A stretch of 64,000 nucleotides of DNA from a virus, in IMG/VR virus record IMGVR_UViG_3300028920_000039, positions 1 through 64,000 of that record. One strand, 5' to 3'. The notes under the pieces were generated by a model that worked only from the letters and a program-made list of their open reading frames with translations, did no database searches and was not told where the DNA came from. This document shows positions 45,580-55,567 of this stretch, in pieces; within the stretch, counting starts at the first letter, position 1; each line of letters begins with the position of its first letter. The translations under genes were made by a program, and so were the position numbers.

Positions 45580-46077
45580 ATGAAATGGTATGTCGCAGAG
45601 TTCAATGTGTCTCCTGGGTTGCCCAGTGGCCTTCCAGAGTTTATTAATGCTGTTGTTTTGCCTACAAGGTTGGCTGCGATTGGCCTGTTGAAGAAAAGAT
45701 CTGAAGCGCTGTCTCCTGGCAATGAACTGGTTTTAGGATCGGGTGAAGGTGGAGAGGAGTATTTTCCTACTGAATTTGAAGAACCTCCTGTTGAGTCTTC
45801 CGACCCCATCGAAGCAGCCATCGACCACATGCTGGACGAGAAAGGTGGAAAGACCTTCTCTCTAAAGGGCCGAGGTAAGAAGCCCGCTACCTTCAAGAAA
45901 GGCGCCCTTCATCGGCAACTCGATGTTCCCCAGGACAAACCGATCCCGCCAGGCAAGAAAAAGGCTGCTTTGGCCGGAGAGTATGGTCCGCTTGCTAAGA
46001 AGCGAGCAACAGCTGCTTTCAAAGGTATACTGAAGAAGGGTCGTGAGACTGCTGCGGCAGGAAGGAAGAAATCATGA
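45580..46077 (+). CDS. Tagged protein with basic C-terminal domain
   Basis: ESSDPIEAAIDHMLDEK followed by K/R-rich KKGALHRQLDVP region. Confidence 0.75.
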   Translation: MKWYVAEFNVSPGLPSGLPEFINAVVLPTRLAAIGLLKKRSEALSPGNELVLGSGEGGEEYFPTEFEEPPVESSDPIEAAIDHMLDEKGGKTFSLKGRGKKPATFKKGALHRQLDVPQDKPIPPGKKKAALAGEYGPLAKKRATAAFKGILKKGRETAAAGRKKS

Positions 46078-46931
46078 AGCATAGCGAAATCCAAGAGATG
46101 TTAGTTCCCGGTTCCACCAAGGTGGTGGTTGAAGCAGAGGAAGAAATTGCCGTTCGTGTAGGCAACATGAATTACCAGGTTCAGAATGGCGGTTGGGATC
46201 AGTGGTGGGATAATGGATACGGACCTCGCGACATTGATTGGTTGGTTGACTTTTTTCACACACATCGAGAATATAAGTCTTTCAAGTGGATTTTTGATCT
46301 ACTTGAAAAGGTACAATACACAAGTGAGCTTCCGGGTACGGAAGAGTGCACATGGTGTGGCGGTTCTGGTGAAATTGAAGATGAAGATCCTGAAACTGGT
46401 GAAGTGGAGTATGAGGAGTGTCCTGAATGTAGAGGTACTGGTGAGGTGGCAACTGATGAACCTTCTTTTCCTGATGAGTATGATGATTCCTACTATGCTG
46501 GCAATGACAAGCTGATGGATGACATGGAGTTGTACCTTTCAGGCAAAGGGGATGAGATCGAGACAGTCAGTCCAGAAACCACTCCGAAGGAAGAGCCTCC
46601 TGCGGAAGAGCCTCCTGCGGAAGAGCCTCCTGCGGAAGAGCCTCCTGCGGAAGAGCCTCCTGCGGAAGAGCCTCCTGCGGAAGAGCCTCCTGCGGAAGAG
46701 CCTCCTGCGGAAGAGCCATCTGCGGAAGAACCATCTGCTGAAAAGAAAAGACCTCGTGTGAAGCTGGTAGGCACGGACGGCAACGCCTTTGCAGTTCTGG
46801 GCACAGTCACTCGTGCACTCAAGAAGGCTGGTTACTCCAAGGAAGAGGTGGATGAGTTTCGAAGGGAAGCTATGGGCGGGGACTACAATCATCTGCTGGC
46901 AACAGCAATGGAGTGGGTGGATGTGTACTAG
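46074..46931 (+). CDS. Mosaic protein: DMP19/DUF4375-like + CxxCxGxG Zn motif + EEPPA linker + small C-terminal domain
   Basis: YQVQNGGWDQWWDNG; CTWCGGSG...CPECRGTG; VKLVGTDGNAFAVLG. Confidence 0.7.
   Translation: MKHSEIQEMLVPGSTKVVVEAEEEIAVRVGNMNYQVQNGGWDQWWDNGYGPRDIDWLVDFFHTHREYKSFKWIFDLLEKVQYTSELPGTEECTWCGGSGEIEDEDPETGEVEYEECPECRGTGEVATDEPSFPDEYDDSYYAGNDKLMDDMELYLSGKGDEIETVSPETTPKEEPPAEEPPAEEPPAEEPPAEEPPAEEPPAEEPPAEEPPAEEPSAEEPSAEKKRPRVKLVGTDGNAFAVLGTVTRALKKAGYSKEEVDEFRREAMGGDYNHLLATAMEWVDVY
46590..46739 (+). repeat. 15-bp tandem repeat GAAGAGCCTCCTGCG, 8 perfect + 2 degenerate copies (EEPPA)
   Basis: Direct reading. Confidence 0.97.
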
Positions 46932-46940
46932 GAGGTAGAA

Positions 46941-47453
46941 ATGACACCATTGTCTGGTCCGGAAGATTACAACGTGGACAGCACCAAAGAAGAGTTTCTG
47001 ACAGTATTCAAACATGAGCTTGAAATGTTTCAGAAGCCAAAGTGTGACCCTACCAATCTAAGCGAACACACCACCGAAGACATTGTTCATGATATCTTCA
47101 GAGCTCTGTATGGTAATGGTGGTGAAACCCGAGGAATCATCTGGAAGATGGCTGAGCAGTCTGTGTTAGTTCTTGAACTCACCAACAGACAGAATGCTTG
47201 TAGGGGGCAAGTAGTTCAACATTTCAAAAGCCACAAGGAAGAGGCAATCGCCAAGGATAGGGGTGTGGTAGCGTTTGTTGCAAGGCACAAAGTGTTGTCT
47301 ACTGTTGCAGCAATTCTTATGTTTTTCGGCCTTTCCAGTTTGTGGGCAATAGCTATGCAGAAGAAGCAAGCCACCAAGCTTGAAAGTATAGTGCTCAGTG
47401 CAGTGAACAAGCATATAGAGATTCTAAAAGACGAGAACAAATCAGGAGGTTGA
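46941..47453 (+). CDS. Membrane protein with one C-proximal TM helix
   Basis: VLSTVAAILMFFGLSSLWAIAM; GGAGGT RBS. Confidence 0.7.
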   Translation: MTPLSGPEDYNVDSTKEEFLTVFKHELEMFQKPKCDPTNLSEHTTEDIVHDIFRALYGNGGETRGIIWKMAEQSVLVLELTNRQNACRGQVVQHFKSHKEEAIAKDRGVVAFVARHKVLSTVAAILMFFGLSSLWAIAMQKKQATKLESIVLSAVNKHIEILKDENKSGG

Positions 47454-47454
47454 A

Positions 47455-48069
47455 ATGGATTCAATTCGTGAAATGGTGAAGCCTATTTTGGCAGGCTGGT
47501 GCCCACAGGCGGAATTGATTCAAGAACATGAGAAGCTGGACGAAGGCATTCGTGCTCAATTGAATGTGTATTTGGATGATATCTCTGAGGAAGAGCTGGA
47601 GAAGGTGAAGGACAGCATCGAAAAGGCGCTTCAGGACTGCGGTCATGCTCCTGTATCCTATGACGAGCTGATGAAGGCTGCTGGCATCAAGCCTATTTTG
47701 GGAGAAGCAGAAGAGCCTGAGGCGAAGGAAGAAGCAGAGCGCACACCTTCTGAAACTCCTCCGGTGTCGGGGACAGTTGAGCGTGCACTTATAAATCTTT
47801 GCTCGGAGCTAATCCAAGAAAACTGGACTGGTGCTTCGGAACACGACAAAGAGATCGCTGCTCAGAGTTGTCACGTTTCGCGTGCTAAGTGGTTGGCCCC
47901 GGAATCGACCATGAATTATCTGGTCGAGACAGAATACATCTCAGATGAACACGAGGAGCCTCAGAAGTATTGGTGGGATATTCAGGTGAAGATGCCTGGA
48001 GGTGAGTATTCAGTTGAAGAACCACCCGCCGCTGACGAGAGTCTTCAGATCACACAGCGAAAGGGTTAA
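47455..48069 (+). CDS. Acidic hypothetical protein
   Basis: AGGAGG RBS. Confidence 0.75.
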   Translation: MDSIREMVKPILAGWCPQAELIQEHEKLDEGIRAQLNVYLDDISEEELEKVKDSIEKALQDCGHAPVSYDELMKAAGIKPILGEAEEPEAKEEAERTPSETPPVSGTVERALINLCSELIQENWTGASEHDKEIAAQSCHVSRAKWLAPESTMNYLVETEYISDEHEEPQKYWWDIQVKMPGGEYSVEEPPAADESLQITQRKG

Positions 48070-48121
48070 AGCCCGTTGAGGAGCAATGAGAGATTATATC
48101 TCCGAATACGGAGAGTAAGAA

Positions 48122-49186
48122 GTGCGACTTCGAGAGATTACTATCATGATTGAAGCCGGTGCTTTGGAGGAAAGCATCCAGCAATTGATTAAGGATTTGC
48201 GCGCCACGCAACACGGCGATCGCACCAATCCTGCATACGACATTCTCCAAGATTACCACATGGAAGGTGGTGTCTGGAAGCACACCAAGCTAGCCCTCGA
48301 CGCCCTTCCGAAAGCAGCAAAAGCACTTGCTGACTATTTGGATGATCCTAAGTACACAGAGATCTATGATGAGTTCAAGCATCACCTGCGTGCTGCTGCG
48401 TTTTTTCACGACATCGGCAAGATCGCTACACAGGAGCCTTCCAAGAGACGTCCTGGATCATACTCTTTCCCAGGACATGCTGAGGAAGATCTGATCAATG
48501 ATCTTCTGGATGAGTATGATATTGAAACCAATCAGCTTGTGGCTGAACTGGTAGCCCATCATCATGATGTTCCTTCTGATTTGGCTGAACTGGTGGGTGA
48601 CTGGGATGAGGCTCAACTTATCATGTTAATGATCCTAAAGGTGGCTGACAACATGGCGGTTGGTCCTCGAGGTGTGGGCGATGCTATCAAGCATGTGCAT
48701 CCTTTCCTAGTAGCTCTCCAGGACCAGGAAGAATACGGCCCGCCTCTTCAGGATCAGTGGAGCATCGAAAACATCGAGTGGGCAGAAGGTAGCGAACTTG
48801 GTTTCATGGAACCTGAGCAGGAGATAGTTGGTCCCCATGTGGCCGGTGAGATCGGCGGGGAAGAAGGGGAAGAAGAGGTTATAGGATTGGAAACCTCTGG
48901 GGAGCGAGAGCTGGTATCTTACATAAGCTCGCCGGTATATGAAGGCGATTTCACCGGATCTGTCAGAGCTATGGTTGGTAAGAATCCGGAACCAGTGGAA
49001 GATTTTCTTAGGCATGATGTGATGAGCTTCCTGAAAGCCGAACCGAATGCACCTGAAGAGGGGCAGTGGGTTGACTTTGAGGAGGAGGTTGATCTTGAGG
49101 TTCTTCCCAAGAAATCTTTTGAACTAACATCGGAAACAGCAGACGCAATCGAGTTTCCGATCTATGTGAAAGTAAGCTGGGGCTAA
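48122..49186 (+). CDS. HD-domain phosphohydrolase with acidic C-terminal module
   Basis: YHMEGGVWKHT, FFHDIGK, GHA, HHHD, AD motifs. Confidence 0.8.
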   Translation: MRLREITIMIEAGALEESIQQLIKDLRATQHGDRTNPAYDILQDYHMEGGVWKHTKLALDALPKAAKALADYLDDPKYTEIYDEFKHHLRAAAFFHDIGKIATQEPSKRRPGSYSFPGHAEEDLINDLLDEYDIETNQLVAELVAHHHDVPSDLAELVGDWDEAQLIMLMILKVADNMAVGPRGVGDAIKHVHPFLVALQDQEEYGPPLQDQWSIENIEWAEGSELGFMEPEQEIVGPHVAGEIGGEEGEEEVIGLETSGERELVSYISSPVYEGDFTGSVRAMVGKNPEPVEDFLRHDVMSFLKAEPNAPEEGQWVDFEEEVDLEVLPKKSFELTSETADAIEFPIYVKVSWG

Positions 49187-49208
49187 AGCCCAAGAGGAGA
49201 CATCATCA

Positions 49209-49856
49209 GTGGAGAAGTACAAACTCTTAGTGACGGGTTGTGGAAGAAGCGGAACAAGTTTTATTTGCAGTGTGTTGGCGCAATGCAAACAACCACTTGA
49301 CCTTGGCCATGAAAGCTGGATAGGCAAGGACGGGATTGCTTCGTGGTTGTTGGCATTTGACAAGAAGCCTCCTCGCGGACCCCAGAATGTAACTTATAGA
49401 GATTTTGATATTGTCTTTCACCAAGTTCGACATCCCTTAGGAGTAATCTCTTCTCTTCACACTGCTGGACAGGAATCATGGGAGTTCTTTAAAGAGTGTG
49501 TTCCTGAATTAAAAGCGCATTCTTGGCCCTATATGCGCCGCCAAAAGGTTCATCCACAAGATGCTGATACACACCTCCTTGCTTGTGCTAAATGTTGGTA
49601 TTACTGGAATCTGCAAGCGGAAAAGATAGCGCAGTGGACGTATCAGGTAGAAAAACTGCCTGAGGTGTTTGAACAGTTTTGCCACAACGTCGGAATTCCA
49701 TACGATGCAGATGTTTTCTGCAAGAAGCTGAAGACAGACTCTCGCAAAACCCGAAGGGACTACGTTCAGATTTGCTGGTCTGATATTCAAGAATTGAGCC
49801 CAAAACTATGTAAGAAAATACAACAGCTTGCAAGGAGATACGGGTATGAGCAGTAG
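49209..49856 (+). CDS. Sulfotransferase-family protein
   Basis: TGCGRSGTS 5'-PSB loop; VRHPL...S 3'-PB motif. Confidence 0.8.
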   Translation: MEKYKLLVTGCGRSGTSFICSVLAQCKQPLDLGHESWIGKDGIASWLLAFDKKPPRGPQNVTYRDFDIVFHQVRHPLGVISSLHTAGQESWEFFKECVPELKAHSWPYMRRQKVHPQDADTHLLACAKCWYYWNLQAEKIAQWTYQVEKLPEVFEQFCHNVGIPYDADVFCKKLKTDSRKTRRDYVQICWSDIQELSPKLCKKIQQLARRYGYEQ

Positions 49857-51348
49857 GTTAAACATTATCATTTTTAGCAAGAATCGGCCTTGCCAGCTTG
49901 ATGCATTGCTGAGATCTATTCAGAAACACATTAAGATACCTTTTAGTATATCAGTTTTGTGCAAGGTGGAAGCGCCTTTTGTGGAAGGCTATCGCATTCT
50001 TTCACAACGACCCCAGGGCAAATCTGTAAACTGGTGCTACGAGAACGATTTTTCATCGCAGACCAAGAAGCTAGTAGCACAATGCGATCCCGGTTCGTTC
50101 GTTATGTTTTTGGTGGATGACATCATCTTCAAGAAATCGCTTAGGAATGACAAGACCTTCAAGCAGTTTGGTTGTGATAAGGGAGTTGCAACTTTGTCCC
50201 TCCGGTTGGGCAAAGACATTACAGCAGATGCTAAGAAAGCAGGAAAGAAGATACCGGGTACTCGATGGGATCCAAAGGCTGTGGGGATAAAAGGTTGGAA
50301 TTACCCAATGTCGGTTGATGGTAACATCTTTCGCGCTAAAGATCTACAAGGATATGTTCATGGTTTGACCTTTCACAATCCTAATTCATTCGAGTCGGCT
50401 ATGTCTGTGAATCCTTTGAAAGGTGACATGATGTGTTACCCCAGCTCTCGCCTTGTGAATCTTGCTATAAACAAAGTACAGACGGAAGTCCTTAAGAATG
50501 CCTGTGGCGACATAGATCAATGGTTTCTCAACGAGCAATGGAGAAAGGGGTTTCAGATTAAACTAGAGCCTATTGAGAAGCTGAAACACACTGAGCGCCA
50601 TGTGATTATTGATTCGCTTGCGTTTGAGAAGCAGTTTGGGGAACCTCCTGAGCATGTTCCTCTGGAATTGCTTGATCGATATACCGTGAAGGGCACCATC
50701 CGCGTGATAGATAACTATCGTTATGGTGTTAGCTCTAAACCACAGGTGTTTCGTACAGAACAAGTGGAAGAATATATAAAACTGGTGCAGGCTCGCCAAG
50801 GTAACTACTACAAACGGGCGGATTCTCGTCTGTACGAAGCGTTGAGTACTTACTCCATCAAAGGGAAGTCTGTAGGAGTGGTTGGTTCAATGAAGCCATG
50901 GTATGAAACCGTTTGTCTCTGCTATGGAGCTGTACCTATCACGGTAGAGTACAACACAATCGTGAATGAAGCGAATCGATGGAAGGTAATGACGGTCGAT
51001 GAGTACAGGAAAAATCCTGTTGAGTTTGACGCAGTAATCTCCATTTCGTCTCTTGAACATGATGGGCTTGGAAGGTATGGTGATCCTCTAAATCCAGAAG
51101 GGGACCTTGACGCTATGCATGATTTGAAAAGCATGGTAGTGAAGAACGGGCTTTTGTTCTTGTCGGTGCCTGTGGGGCTTGACACGTTGGTATGGAATTC
51201 TCATCGTGTGTACGGCGCTATCCGTTTGCCTATGCTGATGAAAGGGTGGAAGGTCTTGGCATACTACGGGTATTGTAAACGAGATCTAAAGAAGGATTGT
51301 GGGCGCAAAGCCAATCATCAACCTGTATTTGTTTTGCAAAACATATGA
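49846..51348 (+). CDS. GT-A-like domain fused to DUF268-like methyltransferase domain
   Basis: IFSKNRPCQL...FLVDD; ISSLEHDGLGRYGDPLNPEGDL...HRVYG. Confidence 0.75.
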   Translation: MSSRLNIIIFSKNRPCQLDALLRSIQKHIKIPFSISVLCKVEAPFVEGYRILSQRPQGKSVNWCYENDFSSQTKKLVAQCDPGSFVMFLVDDIIFKKSLRNDKTFKQFGCDKGVATLSLRLGKDITADAKKAGKKIPGTRWDPKAVGIKGWNYPMSVDGNIFRAKDLQGYVHGLTFHNPNSFESAMSVNPLKGDMMCYPSSRLVNLAINKVQTEVLKNACGDIDQWFLNEQWRKGFQIKLEPIEKLKHTERHVIIDSLAFEKQFGEPPEHVPLELLDRYTVKGTIRVIDNYRYGVSSKPQVFRTEQVEEYIKLVQARQGNYYKRADSRLYEALSTYSIKGKSVGVVGSMKPWYETVCLCYGAVPITVEYNTIVNEANRWKVMTVDEYRKNPVEFDAVISISSLEHDGLGRYGDPLNPEGDLDAMHDLKSMVVKNGLLFLSVPVGLDTLVWNSHRVYGAIRLPMLMKGWKVLAYYGYCKRDLKKDCGRKANHQPVFVLQNI

Positions 51349-51992
51349 TTCATTGTATTGGTGATAGTCATGTGGGTCTGTTTGCTGGCACAGACAAAGG
51401 TGTAAAGCATTGGCCTAGCAAGAAGTCACCAAACATTCTTCCATGGTTTCGAGCATACAGATTGGGGGGATGTTTGGCTTACAAGATCTGTGAGCCCAAT
51501 ACTCGCACAAGCGGCCATCGCCGTTTGATGCAGGTTCTTGATGAGATTCCTGACAAGCGAGTTCTGCTTAGTTTCGGGGAGATAGATTGTCGGTTGCATC
51601 TTTTGAAGCAGGTTAAGATTCAGAACCGACCTATCAAAGAACTTGTTTATGAATGTGTTAAACGGTACATTTCTTTGATAGTAAAGGTTCAAAACATGGG
51701 GTTTGAAACAATGGTATGGAATGCGCCTGCAACACATCGAGACGATTTTGTTCCTGACCCGAACAACCCTTCCGACGGTTCTTGTGTTGAGAGGAATGTG
51801 ATTACAAAGAAGTTCAATGATGCCCTCCGAAAGCTTCTCCCTGGAAATGTCCCTTTTATTTGCGTGTTTGACAAACTCCTTCTTTCAGATGGGACTACAA
51901 ACATGTATTACTACTATGATGGTACCCATCTTTCGCAGAAAGTGATGCCTTTTGTATTGGAAGAGTTTGCTAGGCAAGGTGTTGTGCTATGA
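51345..51992 (+). CDS. SGNH/GDSL hydrolase-like protein
   Basis: IGDSH, FGEID, DGTHL. Confidence 0.7.
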   Translation: MIHCIGDSHVGLFAGTDKGVKHWPSKKSPNILPWFRAYRLGGCLAYKICEPNTRTSGHRRLMQVLDEIPDKRVLLSFGEIDCRLHLLKQVKIQNRPIKELVYECVKRYISLIVKVQNMGFETMVWNAPATHRDDFVPDPNNPSDGSCVERNVITKKFNDALRKLLPGNVPFICVFDKLLLSDGTTNMYYYYDGTHLSQKVMPFVLEEFARQGVVL

Positions 51993-52600
51993 TGGCATTC
52001 GATATTGGTGCTAATGTCGGGAAATTGACAGCTGAACTTTTGCGAGACTTCGATAAGGTGATCTGTGTAGAAGCAAATTCCGGCCTTATCAACAAGCTGC
52101 GCCGTCGCTTTGAATGGGCCGATGTGACTGTTGTTCACGCTGCCGCAGCTGAGAAGGAAGGCGGGCATATTCCTTTCTATGTAAGCAATGAACATACGCT
52201 TTCTACCGCATCGGTCGAGTGGATTACCAAATCTCGTTTTGCTGCTTCGTCTCGTTGGGACCGCCCGGTTGAGGTACCAACAACTTCACTGAATTACTTG
52301 ATGCGCATTTTTGGTGTGCCTGATTTCATAAAGGTAGATGTCGAAGGCTTCGAGCTGACTGTGTTTAAAGGATTGTCAAAGCCTGTCCCAAAATTATGCT
52401 TTGAATGGGCAGAAGAGCTGTTTTCTTCGACCGTTAAGTGTGTTAAGCGTCTACAGGAGATTGGCTACACGCAGTTCGGTCTGACCCATGGTGAGTACCA
52501 GAGGGACCAGCTAAATTCAGTTGAGTATGCTCGATGGGAACGGCTCATCTTTGACACAAGTTTGCGGAAACGTTATGGAATGATCTGGGCCAAAGTCTGA
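51989..52600 (+). CDS. FkbM-family methyltransferase
   Basis: FDIGANVG, VEAN, FIKVDVEGFE. Confidence 0.92.
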   Translation: MMAFDIGANVGKLTAELLRDFDKVICVEANSGLINKLRRRFEWADVTVVHAAAAEKEGGHIPFYVSNEHTLSTASVEWITKSRFAASSRWDRPVEVPTTSLNYLMRIFGVPDFIKVDVEGFELTVFKGLSKPVPKLCFEWAEELFSSTVKCVKRLQEIGYTQFGLTHGEYQRDQLNSVEYARWERLIFDTSLRKRYGMIWAKV

Positions 52601-53295
52601 TGTTGTACACAGTTCAAATTCCGCTAAGAACCAGCCAAGCTCGTTACCAGATGTGTGTCGGTATCCTTGAGCAGCAGACCTTCAAGGACTTCGAGTTAAT
52701 AGTGGCTGATGATTGCACCGACCAGGAACCTCTCAAACCAATAAAAACGAGCTTTCCACATCGTTTGGTAAGGATGGGTCCACGTTCTCCCGGATGGGCC
52801 TATTCGCTTGGCAGAAATGTGTGCATCGACTTCGCCAGTCCCGAGGCACAATATTTGGTGTATGTAGACGGTGACTGGCTGCTCCATCCGAATGCTCTGC
52901 AAGACACTCGTCCTTTCCTGAACATGCATACAAACATCCATGGATGGAAAAAGTATATCAATGAGGAAGGAGTGGTTACGAGAGAACGCTGGTATGCAGA
53001 GCAGCAGATCTTGCCTTTTGATCTTGTGCTTGCTTCTGGTGGATTCGATGAAGTCTACTTCCCGTGGTACGGACATTCAGTCAAAGATCTGTGGCGTCGG
53101 ATGAACCGAATACGTAAGATGGAAGATCAAAATGTAGCTGAGTTTTCGGCTGATTGTATTGGTACAGATATTCGATTCCAACGAGACGACAAGGTGAATG
53201 CTCTGCTAACAAAGCGGCTGGCGAAAATGGGAACCAAGCAGCCCATCCTTCGACGAACAGTACCGGCTGAACTGGTGTATGAATACGGGTACTAA
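52600..53295 (+). CDS. GT2-like glycosyltransferase
   Basis: FELIVADD, GRN, VYVDGD, GGFDE. Confidence 0.8.
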   Translation: MLYTVQIPLRTSQARYQMCVGILEQQTFKDFELIVADDCTDQEPLKPIKTSFPHRLVRMGPRSPGWAYSLGRNVCIDFASPEAQYLVYVDGDWLLHPNALQDTRPFLNMHTNIHGWKKYINEEGVVTRERWYAEQQILPFDLVLASGGFDEVYFPWYGHSVKDLWRRMNRIRKMEDQNVAEFSADCIGTDIRFQRDDKVNALLTKRLAKMGTKQPILRRTVPAELVYEYGY

Positions 53296-53304
53296 GGAGA
53301 TATC

Positions 53305-54027
53305 ATGCTCTACTCCATACAAATACCTATTAGAGGCCCACAGGTCATATACGATCGACAGATCGACGCCTTGTCGAGGCAAACTTGTCAAGATTTCGAG
53401 GTTATCGTCTGCGATGATTGTGCGAAGAAATTTCCTTGTTTGAAACCCCAACCCTCCTTGTTTCCTCAGAAGATGGTCAGAATCGTTGATCGAATAGATG
53501 GATGGGGCTATCCCATTGCACGCAATGCTGCTCTGGATAACTGCTCGAAGAAAGCCAAGTACATGGTTCGTCTTGATGGTGATTGGGTTCTTCGAAACAC
53601 TGTTTTGGAAGACATTCTTCCTTTGTTGTCGACCCATACTCTTCTGGAAGGGTTCAAGCTCGGAAGTAACGGGAAGCTAAAGGAATTCGCTCCTTTCTCT
53701 GTTATGCCTCTTGATGCTGTGTTTTCTTGCGGAGGGTGGGAGGAGGCTTTCTTTCCGTGGTATAGTGACTGGGAAGACTTCAAGCGCCGCCTGCTTTTGG
53801 TCAGAGAATTCGAGATTAAGAGTACTGAATTGCTCTTTGCTGATGACACAGGCGAAGCTGATATGACGACTGTTCGGGATCGTTCCCATACACGAAAGTT
53901 GGCCAAGTTCTTTGCGCGGCAAGGTACCACGGTTCCTCTCATGCGAGATCTGTTTGAGAACGAAGTTGTTTTCAAGTGTGGCTACAAAAAGAAAAGAAGC
54001 AAAAATGAGAATTGTGACCAGTTTTAG
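53305..54027 (+). CDS. GT2-like glycosyltransferase (paralogue of 52600)
   Basis: FEVIVCDD, ARN, RLDGD, GGWEE; near-identical N-terminus MLY[TS][VI]QIP. Confidence 0.8.
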   Translation: MLYSIQIPIRGPQVIYDRQIDALSRQTCQDFEVIVCDDCAKKFPCLKPQPSLFPQKMVRIVDRIDGWGYPIARNAALDNCSKKAKYMVRLDGDWVLRNTVLEDILPLLSTHTLLEGFKLGSNGKLKEFAPFSVMPLDAVFSCGGWEEAFFPWYSDWEDFKRRLLLVREFEIKSTELLFADDTGEADMTTVRDRSHTRKLAKFFARQGTTVPLMRDLFENEVVFKCGYKKKRSKNENCDQF

Positions 54028-55567
54028 TGGACGTCTTTATTATACTACTGGTAAGGATGCTTTGAAGACTATGGCCACCCAGAGTGGTGCTGACTTGCCT
54101 GTTATCGCGTACCATGAGAACAGCTGGGAAGGCACTAATCCGATGAGTGGTCGAACTGTGTGTGAGGTTGACAAACTGGATGGTGTCACCTATCTGGATC
54201 TGTTTGAGTGTGTGCCTGATTTGAGAAAGGTGGTGGCGTACCCTGAGTGGGAACGAGGGAAGACCTACCTGAACAAGAATACCCCTTTTTTCCTTCGAAA
54301 GACAGCGGCAATGTGGCATGCCGTCACTGACAATCCTGCAGACATGTATCTCTGGCTTGATTGTGATTGTTACATGAAGAAGCCTTTCAATCGCCGCCTG
54401 CTTGAGTTCGCTGAGAATTATGACATTTGCTATCTAGACAGGCAACGCATCTCCACTGATACAGGTGTGATTTTCTTTAACACCAAGAAGAATCCCAGGC
54501 TTATTGACTTTATCAAAGAGTGGTACTATCTCTATCTCAACAAAGGTATCTTCAAGATTAAGGGATATGAATCTTGGGCCGATACTGACGCCTTTGACTT
54601 TCTCAGAAGGAAGTACCGAAATCTTTTCACCTTTGGTCAGCTTCAGTCAGGCGAAGGCAGGCGACTATGGTTCCAGCCACGGGAATGGGCGGCTTCTTCT
54701 AAGCGACATCCGTGGTCAATAGAGGAGGGGTGGGAGTATATCCTTCACCTCAAACATCCTCTTAAGAAAATCAGGAAGCCTGTGAAGAGTTCTCGCCCTA
54801 ACATTACTCAGAATCGAGGGCACATCTATGTGGCTTTCGGCAAAGAGTACGACAAAGTGGCGGTGCATTCAGTAGCTTTCCTGCGAAGGGTTTCAAACCT
54901 GCCTGTGCATGTGGTGACCAACATACCCATGTCAGATCGGCATCCTTCTTGGAACAAGCTGAGTAATGTGACGTTTTCCTACTGGCCGATGCAAGACGCG
55001 GATAACAGAGTGCCAAAGACCCTGCTATGCCAGTATTCACCATTTCAGGAAACTCTCTATACCGATGTGGACAGCTTGATACACTCCCCTAAGTTCATGG
55101 AAGTATTCGGCCTGCTTGAACAGAACGATATCCTGCTACCGATCTGGCGTCACAACATCTATGAGAACCAGCTTCCTATCGAATCAAGGCCGCTTTTCTC
55201 AAAGTTTCTTCGGCAATTTCCTCGTCCTGGTTTTCATCCGAAGCAGCCCCTTACCATATACGGGGGCGGTACTTGCGTCTTCAAAAAGAACGAGCAAGTT
55301 GAAAGGTTTTTCTTGATGTACAATGAGTACTGGAACCGCACAGGCAGAGGAAGAGACATGCCTGCCCTTGCCATCACCGTAGCTACCTGCGCTGACAAAC
55401 TAAGCATCGGTTTGCTGTCTAATGACTACAACCGCCATAATAGCAAGATCATTCAGTCGGTCCACGGTAAGGCCAGATCAAAACATCTCCCTTCTTATGT
55501 AGCTTTTCGGCCGAATGCGCAAACCAATCAATGGGAACACCAGAGGAAGAATGGCTCATGGGTATGA
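54005..55567 (+). CDS. Two-domain glycosyltransferase (DxD GT-A x2)
   Basis: WLDCDC; second domain GHIYVAFG...LYTDVD. Confidence 0.75.
   Translation: MRIVTSFSGRLYYTTGKDALKTMATQSGADLPVIAYHENSWEGTNPMSGRTVCEVDKLDGVTYLDLFECVPDLRKVVAYPEWERGKTYLNKNTPFFLRKTAAMWHAVTDNPADMYLWLDCDCYMKKPFNRRLLEFAENYDICYLDRQRISTDTGVIFFNTKKNPRLIDFIKEWYYLYLNKGIFKIKGYESWADTDAFDFLRRKYRNLFTFGQLQSGEGRRLWFQPREWAASSKRHPWSIEEGWEYILHLKHPLKKIRKPVKSSRPNITQNRGHIYVAFGKEYDKVAVHSVAFLRRVSNLPVHVVTNIPMSDRHPSWNKLSNVTFSYWPMQDADNRVPKTLLCQYSPFQETLYTDVDSLIHSPKFMEVFGLLEQNDILLPIWRHNIYENQLPIESRPLFSKFLRQFPRPGFHPKQPLTIYGGGTCVFKKNEQVERFFLMYNEYWNRTGRGRDMPALAITVATCADKLSIGLLSNDYNRHNSKIIQSVHGKARSKHLPSYVAFRPNAQTNQWEHQRKNGSWV

Noticed and set aside
888-45834. 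Tag copies as DNA-level repeats (attC-like cassette sites or promoters)
   Set aside because: Differences are concentrated at synonymous positions and all copies are in frame, so conservation is at peptide level, though recombination between copies is not excluded
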